Shown in pieces: positions 20,797 to 29,905 of a DNA stretch of 64,000 nucleotides. Origin of the DNA: an uncultured archaeon (GTDB lineage: Archaea; Asgardarchaeota; Heimdallarchaeia; Heimdallarchaeales; Heimdallarchaeaceae); NCBI GenBank assembly GCA_964549075.1, contig CAZJUB010000006.1, forward strand, positions 11,805-75,804, given 5' to 3'. Made by a program: the position numbers and the translations under genes. How positions within the stretch are numbered: position 1 is the stretch's first letter; every line of letters starts with the position of its first letter. The notes beneath the pieces were generated by a model. The model saw only the letters and a program-made list of their open reading frames with translations. It did no database searches and was not told where the DNA came from.

Positions 20797-22413
20797 TTAT
20801 CTTTTCTCTATTTCTCTTTGAACTAATTCACGTTTTAATACTTTTCCAGCTGCACTTAAAGGTAATTTATCAATAATTTTGAAACTCTTAGGTATTTTGT
20901 ATCTAGTTAAAGATTCCTTTAAACAGAATTCCTTAAATTCTTCAGGAGTAGCAGTTTCTCCTTCTTTTAATACAATGAAAGCTTTCCCTACTTCTCCAAA
21001 ATAATCATCAGGAACTGGAACAACTGCAACTAGAGAAACCTTCGGATGATTGTAGATTATTTCTTCAACTTCTCTAGGATATACTTTCAATCCCCCAGAA
21101 TTGATGATGTCCTTTGATCTATCAACTATAAAGAAATAATTTTCAGCGTCTACATAAGCAAGATCACCTGTTCTTAACCACTTTTCTGGTGTAAAAACAT
21201 TAATAGATTCCATCCCTTTTCCCCAGTACCCTCTCATAACTTGAGGACCATTAATAATTATCTCACCAATTTCTCCAAAATCAACTTCTTCTAATGTATC
21301 AGTGTTAACAACTTTAGCTTGGGTATCAGTCAGAGGTTTTCCTATCGAGTTAAGTTTAGATGCTCCATATGGATTGATATGAGTTACAGGGCTACATTCT
21401 GTCAAACCATATCCTTCAGTAATACTTACACCAGTAATTTTCTTGAATTCTGAATAGATTTCTTTTGGTAAAGCAGCACCACCAGAAACACAAACTTTGA
21501 GAGATGTTGTATCATATTTGTCTATATTTTGTCTAAGAAGAGCAACGTACATAGTTGGAACACCATAAAATGAAGTAGCTTTCTTTTCTTGGATTATGTT
21601 TAAAATCTCTTTAGGATCAAATTTTGGTATAATAGCTATTTTTTCACCTCTAAATAATGGCGCAAAGAAACTACATTGTAATCCAAAACTGTGACATATA
21701 GGTAAAGCTGAAACTACTAATCCAGTATCTTCCTTTGGGATGTTTTTAGCCCATTCATTGAATTGAAGGGCATTAGCTAAAATATTCGCATGAGAGAGTA
21801 TTACCCCCTTAGCTAATCCTGTAGTACCTCCACTGTAGAGTAGAAAAGCAATATCATCAGATTTACTCCTATTTTCTGTAAATCTTTCTTCTGATTCCAT
21901 TATACTATCCATTACTACAAAATCGCATCTTGATATAAGATCTCTATTTTTCTCTTCATCAAAATCTTCATTTGTTACAATGATTTTTGCTTTAAATTGA
22001 AATTGCTTAACTACTTCAATAATTGCTTCACATATATTAGTGCTTGTAATTAGAACTTTTGTTTCTGAATCTGTAAGTTGAAATGCTATTTCTTTTTGTG
22101 ACAATCTTGGATTAATCAAAGTCACTTTTGCACCAACTTGAAATGATGCAAAAATAGCTACTACAAACCATATCGAATTAGATAAAATTATTGAAATTGT
22201 ATCGTTAGTTTCAACTAAATTTTCTTCAAAGAATTTTGCTAATTTGTTGGACATCTCAGTTATATTTTGTGACGTATAAGATTGGTTATTTTCTTCAAAT
22301 AGAATCTTATTTTTTTCAAATTTTTCAGTTATTTCAAGAAAATATCCATAAACTGATTGGTCTGGATATATTATTTTCCATTTATCTGCTTCTGTTGGGT
22401 GTGATGTTTTCAA
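20797..22413 (-). CDS. fadD: Long-chain fatty-acid--CoA ligase (FadD-like)
   Basis: YSGGTTGLAKG, EGYGLTECSP, WLRTGD, VDRSKD.I.SGG.KVYP.EVE and A10 LP.SAAGK. Confidence 0.9.
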   Translation of the reverse strand: MKTSHPTEADKWKIIYPDQSVYGYFLEITEKFEKNKILFEENNQSYTSQNITEMSNKLAKFFEENLVETNDTISIILSNSIWFVVAIFASFQVGAKVTLINPRLSQKEIAFQLTDSETKVLITSTNICEAIIEVVKQFQFKAKIIVTNEDFDEEKNRDLISRCDFVVMDSIMESEERFTENRSKSDDIAFLLYSGGTTGLAKGVILSHANILANALQFNEWAKNIPKEDTGLVVSALPICHSFGLQCSFFAPLFRGEKIAIIPKFDPKEILNIIQEKKATSFYGVPTMYVALLRQNIDKYDTTSLKVCVSGGAALPKEIYSEFKKITGVSITEGYGLTECSPVTHINPYGASKLNSIGKPLTDTQAKVVNTDTLEEVDFGEIGEIIINGPQVMRGYWGKGMESINVFTPEKWLRTGDLAYVDAENYFFIVDRSKDIINSGGLKVYPREVEEIIYNHPKVSLVAVVPVPDDYFGEVGKAFIVLKEGETATPEEFKEFCLKESLTRYKIPKSFKIIDKLPLSAAGKVLKRELVQREIEKR

Positions 22414-22517
22414 ATTCAGACACTAAGCCATATTTTAATAATGCATTAATGAATTTTATTACCTTTACTAGAATGTGTTTTTGTTAAAGCACAAGGTTGA
22501 TAAATTAACAACACTCT

Positions 22518-25307
22518 GTGAGAAAGCAAAGGAAGCAGATGTTAATGTCTTCAGAGAACAATCCAGAAAATGAGTTGTTACAAAGAAAAAACAAAACCTC
22601 TATCTCTGAAGAAAATTTAATTGATTTTTTCAAAAAATATGGTGTTACATATACTGCAGATTCCGAAGAATTAGCAATTAATCTTGCTTTAAGAGGGCAA
22701 CAAGCTTTAAACGACAATGAAATCGACTTAGCTGAAGAAATAAGTAATCTTCTATCAGAGCTCTCTAAGCAATGGAAAGATGGTTTCATAAAAATGAAAT
22801 CCCACCTCCTGCAAGCAGAGATTGCTGGTTTTAAAAACGAGGATAAAATTCAGCATTTGAAAAGAGCTCTAAGTTATGCTAAGAAAAATAATGTCCAAGA
22901 TGTTGAAATTGGTGTAAGAATCCAACTCGCTTTTGAACAGTTTAAAGAAAGAAGATACAAACAAGTATTGAAAGAACTAAAGATTATTGAAAAACATCCT
23001 GACTTGTTTGAAGAAAATAAACGAATTATTAAAGAGCTTCGCGCAAGAGTGTTTTGGGATATTGACGATTTTGCTAAAGGATTTGATGCTACCTATGCTT
23101 GGTATAGCATTTTAAAAAACTCTACAGATGACTTGCATTCACTTTTTATGACTATAGTATATCTCCTTACAGTAATGAATTCAACTCCTTTACCTCATTC
23201 TCAAAATGAAATAGAAGCTATTAAAACCGATATTACATCTCTACTTACAGAATTAGCTACTTCTGTTCATCTTTTTCCACGAATTCTTCCATTTATCGAT
23301 ATATTGTTTGCTAAGTCATTAAAAATGGTTCAACCTGAAATACTATATAATTTTACAGACCTTATTCTTCAAACAGCAAGATGGAATGATGAAGAAAAGT
23401 TTCTATATTTTTGTCAAAAAATTGCAGATGCGTATTATAACATAGATGATTATGATAAAGCAGTTGAATTAGTAGAAAAAGCTATAAAATACACCGAAGA
23501 GAAAAAATACTACAAAGTTAAACAAATTCTGCAGTATAAAAAGACAGAGTTTTCAAGTCTTATCTTTTATTTTATGAATTTTGACTCAATTTTTGATCCT
23601 TGGATGATTCAAAAAATAAAAATTAACTCAAAAAACACTCCGGAAGAACTCTATTTAGAACCACTTTCTTCAGGTGTAAATACTTTCCCTGCTACTTCGT
23701 ATTCACATCTACTTAGAATTTTAGAGAAAGCAAGTGAAAAGTCTGTTGTTGAGAACTCCCTTGAATTAGTTGGTTTAAATGAGGAGGAAGAAAGAGGTTT
23801 TTTTGTTCTTGATATGCAAATAGCTGAGGATAGAATCCGCGTTTTAATGAGAGAGGATTTCAGTGTGGAAACTAAGAAGTTCAAAACACTCCACTCAACA
23901 GTTACTCCTTATTATTCTGTTATAGGTCTAATCTCAAACAAAAGGAAAGATGAAATTGAAGATGTTGAGGAAATAGAAGCAACTTTGTTAAGATTACAAA
24001 GAGCAATAAATTGTCCTGCTTCAAAGGCAACGATATATCTTACAAAAAAGAAACCATACTTAAACTTGTTTAAATTCTACCTTCAACAAGGCGGTTTTCG
24101 TGATCTTAAAATAAAACTGATTGAATCAGCAAAATCTCTAGGAAGGTACTATGATTTCTCAAAAAGTGATGATTTTCTCCAGATTTTCCAAGCTGACCCT
24201 ATCACAATTTTTGATCTAACTCTAAGAAAATCTCACGAATTACAGCCGCTAACTACTCTAATCAATCAGGCATATAAGCTGAAACTTACCAATAGCGTTC
24301 TTTCAAAATTTCTGGAAGATCTAATGGATCATTTTCTAAAAAGGAGTGATACTAGATTCTGGAGAGAATTTTATTATGAATATGCTTGGTTACAAACTCA
24401 AGGAGTATTTCTCTCTCTTTCAAATGATGAAAAAGAAGAAAAAAAGCAGACAATTGATGAAGTTTTGTTTTTTGCAGAACATCTCAATAATCCGAACAAG
24501 ATTCTAGAAGGTATTTATTTCCAGACTTATGTGAGCCTTGTAGAAGAGACTGAAGATTTAAAAGATAAAATAGTTCAATTGAAAAAAAAAGCAATTTCAT
24601 ATGGAAACAAGAAATATGAACTCATCTCAGATATTTTAATGCAGTTACAAGAAACTACTGATTTTTCAACAAGTAACAAAATTGCAGTAATATTGGCTGA
24701 TTTCTGCGAATTATGTTCTTTTAGAGATTGGCCTGTAAGTCTAGAACTCTTTATTTATCTACTTAACCAATTACCTCAGTTAACAATTCTATTCGAAGCT
24801 TGTAAAAAACGAGAAGTAAAAGATTCTGGGATTTACTTATATCTACACCTATCGAAATATTTGATTGATATCAAACGTTACGATGAAGCTTTACAATTAC
24901 TACTCTTCATAAAAGAATTATTATCAGAAAGAGAGGATAAATTTACTTTTTCAGAACATACTTGGGTATATCTCAATTTTCTAGCTGAACAATACCTATA
25001 TGAAATATATCCACATTTGTCAAAAAAAGAAATCAAAGAGTTTAAGTTAAATAAAGAAAAAATTTTGAAAAATATCCTAATAAAAGATAAATGGATTTCT
25101 GATCCGATTTATCTGGTACAGATTATAAAAGATTATACTATTTTACTTTTAGATAAATCAGAGTTTTCTATGGGTGAAAAATATTATCATTGGATCGAAC
25201 AGCTTATGTTTTATGCATGGGATTTGTTTACTGATGAATCTAATTCTGTTTTACTAAAAGAGATTCAAAATTTGAAAAAACATATTGAAAGTCAACATTT
25301 TATTTAA
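22518..25307 (+). CDS. Large hypothetical, mainly alpha-helical (TPR-like) protein
   Basis: 929-aa ORF with TPR-like segments (IADAYYNIDDYDKAVELVEKAI; LSKYLIDIKRYDEALQLL). No recognisable catalytic motif. The start may be the downstream ATG (MSSEN). Confidence 0.7.
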   Translation: MRKQRKQMLMSSENNPENELLQRKNKTSISEENLIDFFKKYGVTYTADSEELAINLALRGQQALNDNEIDLAEEISNLLSELSKQWKDGFIKMKSHLLQAEIAGFKNEDKIQHLKRALSYAKKNNVQDVEIGVRIQLAFEQFKERRYKQVLKELKIIEKHPDLFEENKRIIKELRARVFWDIDDFAKGFDATYAWYSILKNSTDDLHSLFMTIVYLLTVMNSTPLPHSQNEIEAIKTDITSLLTELATSVHLFPRILPFIDILFAKSLKMVQPEILYNFTDLILQTARWNDEEKFLYFCQKIADAYYNIDDYDKAVELVEKAIKYTEEKKYYKVKQILQYKKTEFSSLIFYFMNFDSIFDPWMIQKIKINSKNTPEELYLEPLSSGVNTFPATSYSHLLRILEKASEKSVVENSLELVGLNEEEERGFFVLDMQIAEDRIRVLMREDFSVETKKFKTLHSTVTPYYSVIGLISNKRKDEIEDVEEIEATLLRLQRAINCPASKATIYLTKKKPYLNLFKFYLQQGGFRDLKIKLIESAKSLGRYYDFSKSDDFLQIFQADPITIFDLTLRKSHELQPLTTLINQAYKLKLTNSVLSKFLEDLMDHFLKRSDTRFWREFYYEYAWLQTQGVFLSLSNDEKEEKKQTIDEVLFFAEHLNNPNKILEGIYFQTYVSLVEETEDLKDKIVQLKKKAISYGNKKYELISDILMQLQETTDFSTSNKIAVILADFCELCSFRDWPVSLELFIYLLNQLPQLTILFEACKKREVKDSGIYLYLHLSKYLIDIKRYDEALQLLLFIKELLSEREDKFTFSEHTWVYLNFLAEQYLYEIYPHLSKKEIKEFKLNKEKILKNILIKDKWISDPIYLVQIIKDYTILLLDKSEFSMGEKYYHWIEQLMFYAWDLFTDESNSVLLKEIQNLKKHIESQHFI

Positions 25308-25567
25308 TTTGTGTTCCTTTGATATATTCAACGAATATCTAATTATTTATGTAAGTGTGAGAAAAAAGTGGCATTACATGCATTAACTGTGTTAGAATGT
25401 CTTTATAAACAACTATATTCTTCAATAGACCGAGGGTCTCTAATCTCAATTTTTGGGCAAAATTAGCTTTGTATTCCATAACAATCTTTATGAATGGAAT
25501 TCTCAATAAATAGTCTGTAAAAATCAAATACAAATGTACCCGAAATTCATACTTGGTGTGTTAATTA

Positions 25568-28276
25568 ATGTCTTCAGAACATAATATAGCAATCATAACT
25601 GTAGGGTATAAGAACAGCCCTTTTGTCAGGGAGGTACTACGTAATGAGATTATCCCCTATTCTTTAATTGCTAACAATACGAGTGATTTTCAAATTCATC
25701 ATGCTGATCCTTCAAAGATACTATATTACAGCCTTGAATTTACTAATCTCATTGAAATGATTGCACAAAAAAGTATGGATTCATTAGCGGTGTTTGAGAC
25801 ACTGGGACAATTTTTTGAATTCTATAATCCTTTAAATCTCTCTACTTTGAATTACTTGATCTCAAAGTATGCAACTAGTATAAAACCTGGTACGACTAAT
25901 TACTGTGAATCATGGAAAAAAATAACTTCTGCTATATTTGAAGAAGTTTTAATACATCCTCTATTTGATGAATCAAGAATCTTTCATCTGAAGCAAGGAG
26001 CTGTAGAAGTTCCGGTACGTCAATTCTTGATATCAGAAATCTTAGAAAGAAAAAAAGATAATTCTAAGAATAATATAAAATTAAAAGAACAAGTTTTAGA
26101 AGATATAACGGGAATTATAGACCTTGATGCTGTTCCAAAGATGAAAATCTGTACTGATGCTACAAAGAAAATCATATCTGCTTCTGGTGTTATTATAGTT
26201 CCCTCTGACGTTATCTCGTTATATATTTTATTCCAGTCTGCAGCTTTCAAAGATACTTTACAGAAAACTGATGGAAAGATTGCATTTATCTCACCTTTCT
26301 GGACTGAAACTAAGCTCAATCCCGTTGAGAAAGCTATATTGGAGAAAACAGGATTTGAACCTAGTTTAATAAATACTGTAAAACTTGTTAAAGATTATGT
26401 AGATGCAGTTATAATCGATGATAAAGATACAGAACTAGTTTCAACTCTTAGAGAAGAAGGAATTACAGTACTAGTAGAGGATTTATTACCAGAAAACCAG
26501 AAAACAAAGGAATTTCTAGATATGATTCTAAAGACAATAGACTTGTCTTTGGATACAATTGCAATTGAACCTAAAGGTTTGATTGAAGGTTTAGGAGAAA
26601 AATTAGTTAGTTTATTTAAAGCAAAAGAACCAAAGGAAATAAGACCGTCATTTGATGATGAAACAACAGAAATCGAGACTATTGAGGATATTGAGGATAA
26701 AACAATTTTAGACAGTTTAATTGACGAAGAAACTAGTCAGTCAGTAAAAGTGAAATCGAACTTAGAACAAATAAAAACAGATTCTGCAGAATCTGATGAA
26801 ACAGATACTTTAACAGATGAATTTGAAATGGAAGTTATAGATACACAAAAAGAAATACCCACTATACCTACTCCTCCTCCAAAAGAAAGTTCTGTGAAAT
26901 CAGATTTACTTATTCAGAAAGCTAATGGAAATTTTGTTCTTCCAGGAATTGAACAAATTACCCAATTTGAGCTTGAAGAATTAGATTCTCTTGATGTAGA
27001 TGAACATATTATAAATTCTTTTATCGAAAGAGCCATGACATCAAATGCAGCAGGTATAGAGGTTGTTTTTTCTGATCTGTTATCCTTACAAAATAATCCT
27101 CTGTTAATCGACAAAATATATCAAACTCTAATGAAAAAGCTAATAAAAATACGCGAAACAAACCCTGAAGAAAAAATTGCTGATATGATAACATATCTAT
27201 CAGCACATAAACCTGATTTTTATACAGAAAGGTTAACAATTCTATTAGAAGATACAATAAAATCTCAAACAGAAAACGCATTCTACCAGAATTTAAAAAC
27301 CACTTCCTTAGTTATTAGAAGCTCATTATTGATTGCTGGTGAGATAATTGAACCTTTCATTATCAAGTATATTGGTACGACAGATATTTATCTTGAAGAT
27401 AAGCTGCGAAGGATGATCAATTCATTCAGTGTATCAAACCTTGATATGATGATGTTAATCTCTAAAGTACTTTTGCACATATTTGCCATAGAAATAACTA
27501 AAGAAGAACAAAATGACGAAATAATAAATAGAATTGTTGCTTTCTTAAGTATGTATGATGGTTTTACTGTTAGTATTGCTTTGATTACTCAAGAATCAGA
27601 TGAGGTAAGAGAGAGCTTTTTAGAAGAAATTTCTGAATTACAAATAGATGTTCCATTTAAAACCATAGTTTCGAAACTACTTGGAATATATTATAACTCT
27701 ACATATGATGAATTAGTACAGGAATTACATGGTCGTACTTTACCTGATACAGTGGAACTAGAAATGCTAAAAAGAAAATACATCAGTAGTCTTTCTAAGG
27801 TTGGTTCTATACCTCTAGAATTATTTGCAGAACAAGTTGGTTTAACTGTAGAAAAAGCAGAAAAAATGATTTATACTATGATTCTAAAAGAAGAGATAGC
27901 TGCAAGGATAGAGTTGGTTAATGGTAGATTATATATTGTACAAGAAGGAAAAGAACCGATACCAGAAGAAGTCTCTGTCCCAGAAGAAGATGAAAAAGTA
28001 TCACAAACTGAAGAAGCGAAGAAAGAGAAAATAAAAGATTCAAAAGAAGTCTCTGAAAAACCTTCTAAAGACGAACCTTCTAAAGACGAACCTTCTAAAG
28101 ACGAACCTTCTAAAGACGAACCTTCTAAAGACGAACCACCTAAAGATAAAGCACCAAAAAAAGAACTGACTGAAAAAGTAGAAGAATCTGAGGAATATGT
28201 TTGTGAGAAATGCGGTAAAAGTTTCACAACTAAACGGGGTTTATCTATGCATATTAACAGAGTGCATAAAGAATAA
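25568..28276 (+). CDS. Multidomain protein: degenerate CofD-like domain, helical region, PCI-like winged helix, C2H2 zinc finger
   Basis: Residues ~1-320 follow CofD (HPLFDE, VII.PS, IAFISPF, DAVIIDDKD). Residues ~740-790 read SIPLELFAEQVGLTVEKAEKMIYTMILKEEIAARIELVNG (PCI-like). C-terminus YVCEKCGKSFTTKRGLSMHINRVH. Confidence 0.75.
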   Translation: MSSEHNIAIITVGYKNSPFVREVLRNEIIPYSLIANNTSDFQIHHADPSKILYYSLEFTNLIEMIAQKSMDSLAVFETLGQFFEFYNPLNLSTLNYLISKYATSIKPGTTNYCESWKKITSAIFEEVLIHPLFDESRIFHLKQGAVEVPVRQFLISEILERKKDNSKNNIKLKEQVLEDITGIIDLDAVPKMKICTDATKKIISASGVIIVPSDVISLYILFQSAAFKDTLQKTDGKIAFISPFWTETKLNPVEKAILEKTGFEPSLINTVKLVKDYVDAVIIDDKDTELVSTLREEGITVLVEDLLPENQKTKEFLDMILKTIDLSLDTIAIEPKGLIEGLGEKLVSLFKAKEPKEIRPSFDDETTEIETIEDIEDKTILDSLIDEETSQSVKVKSNLEQIKTDSAESDETDTLTDEFEMEVIDTQKEIPTIPTPPPKESSVKSDLLIQKANGNFVLPGIEQITQFELEELDSLDVDEHIINSFIERAMTSNAAGIEVVFSDLLSLQNNPLLIDKIYQTLMKKLIKIRETNPEEKIADMITYLSAHKPDFYTERLTILLEDTIKSQTENAFYQNLKTTSLVIRSSLLIAGEIIEPFIIKYIGTTDIYLEDKLRRMINSFSVSNLDMMMLISKVLLHIFAIEITKEEQNDEIINRIVAFLSMYDGFTVSIALITQESDEVRESFLEEISELQIDVPFKTIVSKLLGIYYNSTYDELVQELHGRTLPDTVELEMLKRKYISSLSKVGSIPLELFAEQVGLTVEKAEKMIYTMILKEEIAARIELVNGRLYIVQEGKEPIPEEVSVPEEDEKVSQTEEAKKEKIKDSKEVSEKPSKDEPSKDEPSKDEPSKDEPSKDEPPKDKAPKKELTEKVEESEEYVCEKCGKSFTTKRGLSMHINRVHKE
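28061..28150 (+). repeat. Coding 15-bp tandem repeat CCTTCTAAAGACGAA x5 plus one degenerate copy (PSKDE)n
   Basis: Five perfect copies at 28061-28135, then CCACCTAAAGATAAA. Confidence 0.95.
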
Positions 28277-28335
28277 ATTTGTGAGTAATCTCTGTTCTTA
28301 GATATATTTTTATTGTAAATTAATAATTTTCAACT

Positions 28336-28860
28336 ATGAGAAAAAAGCAAGTTGCAGTGATTGGTTCAGGTACTGTTAACAAGAAGAGTGATAGTTTTAC
28401 TTTAGCCATTAAATTAGGTCAACATTTGATAGATTCAGATTACCGAATTTTGTGCGGGGGATTGGAAGGCATTATGGCAGCTGTTTGTAAAGGAGCGAAA
28501 TTGTCTGACAATTATAAAGAAGGAATGACAGTGGGGATTATTCCATCTCTTGACAAATCTATAAGCAATCCATATGTTGACATAAGTATCGCTACTGGAG
28601 TTTCATTTGCTAGAAATCAAATCATTATAGCTTCTGCGGATGCTGTAATAGCAATTGGAGGAGGAGCAGGAACTTTATCAGAATTATCTTTTGCTTGGCA
28701 ATTGAAGAAACCAATTTTAGCTTTCATTAATGCTGAAGGTTGGTCTAACAAACTAGCAGGAAAACGAATTGATAACTCACGAACTGATGTAATTATAGCA
28801 TGTCAGTCTGTAGAAGCTGCAATAACTCATTTAAGTAGAATTTTTAACAATATTCAATAA
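28336..28860 (+). CDS. TIGR00725/LOG-family Rossmann-fold nucleotide-binding protein
   Basis: VAVIG, CGG.EGIM.AV.KGA, ARNQII, IGGGAGTLSE. Confidence 0.88.
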   Translation: MRKKQVAVIGSGTVNKKSDSFTLAIKLGQHLIDSDYRILCGGLEGIMAAVCKGAKLSDNYKEGMTVGIIPSLDKSISNPYVDISIATGVSFARNQIIIASADAVIAIGGGAGTLSELSFAWQLKKPILAFINAEGWSNKLAGKRIDNSRTDVIIACQSVEAAITHLSRIFNNIQ

Positions 28861-28903
28861 GTTGAATCAATAGATTTAAAGCATATCTTCTCAAATTTAA
28901 CTT

Positions 28904-29902
28904 ATGCTAGTATGTCTGTTTAAGTTGGAGGAAATAGGTCCTGACTTGGTTGAAATGGTTTTGGATAAGAACGTTGAATTTTCACAAGAAACAATTGATA
29001 AATTTACATTTTCAGGATCTGTTACTTATTCACTTATCTTTCAAGGTATGCTTACATTAGATGATATGACTACTGAGCTTTATGGTCCTTTTCCATTTGC
29101 GTTTTCGTCAGGTTTCGTTCAATATGCATTTTCCTTTATTGCAGAAGATAAAACTATGACAGATGAAAGAATGAAAGAAAAAACCTTAGGACTTTTAATA
29201 ATGTTAGTACCAGAGATGGTCTCAAAAATTGATACTTTCAGAGAAGAATTAGCTAAAACTCTAATCTATAAATTTCATAAAATCTATAAAATCTCACAAG
29301 TAGATACACAGTTCCTTAAAGATATAATTACTTCTTACAACGAAATCCTACAAGATTTACTAAGCTCTCAACAAGCTGAGCTTCTTTCGAAACAAATCTT
29401 AGAGTTCTTGAAATCTACACCAAAACCAAAAAAGAAAGACATACAAAAAATTGCTATTGTCTATCCTGATGAGTTTTCTGGAAATATCAAGAAATATTAT
29501 GCTTCTTTACTCAGTTCTTTACCGTATACAGAAACATCATTCTCAGAAAACAAAGCATATATTCAGACTCCTACCTATGAGTTTAACTTCATTAAAGATA
29601 TAGCTGTAACTGAAGATTTTCTTAAATCCCAAAAAGCTATGATTTTATTAGCAGATGTTAAAAATAAGAGGTATAAAAGCGTCTATGATGTTGCATCAAT
29701 GATAAAAAGTCCGATGAAAATTGCTTTGGTAGTCTCTCTTCCTGAAAAGATAGAAAAGGCTAGCACTGAGTATGCTAAGTTCTTTACTGGTTTGCAAAGA
29801 TATTTAGGAAGCATGCCTTTCTTTTCAGCAAGCTTTAATTCTAGTTACGAATTTAAAAGTAAAATGCTAGAAGCATTATTTTGGACCTTATCTCCAGAGT
29901 AA
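28904..29902 (+). CDS. Asgard hypothetical protein: longin/uDENN-like N-domain plus degenerate P-loop-like C-domain
   Basis: F.LEEIGP, LYGPFPF and FSF..ED....DER motifs are shared with 54313..55383. The C-domain starts KIAIV and contains KAMILLADV. Confidence 0.6.
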   Translation: MLVCLFKLEEIGPDLVEMVLDKNVEFSQETIDKFTFSGSVTYSLIFQGMLTLDDMTTELYGPFPFAFSSGFVQYAFSFIAEDKTMTDERMKEKTLGLLIMLVPEMVSKIDTFREELAKTLIYKFHKIYKISQVDTQFLKDIITSYNEILQDLLSSQQAELLSKQILEFLKSTPKPKKKDIQKIAIVYPDEFSGNIKKYYASLLSSLPYTETSFSENKAYIQTPTYEFNFIKDIAVTEDFLKSQKAMILLADVKNKRYKSVYDVASMIKSPMKIALVVSLPEKIEKASTEYAKFFTGLQRYLGSMPFFSASFNSSYEFKSKMLEALFWTLSPE

Positions 29903-29905
29903 TGT

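Noticed and set aside
25339-25533. 64-aa minus-strand ORF or ncRNA in the 260-nt intergenic gap
   Set aside because: No SD or motif, and only weak short inverted repeats. The gap more likely holds the promoter of the 25568 gene. An ncRNA cannot be excluded without a covariance search.
25568-26560. Functional CofD indicating F420 biosynthesis
   Set aside because: The catalytic and nucleotide-binding motifs are missing and no cofC/cofE genes are nearby, so it is treated as a pseudoenzyme domain.
28061-28150. Direct repeats as a possible CRISPR array
   Set aside because: The units are 15 bp, contiguous, without spacers and in frame within a protein; no cas genes are nearby.
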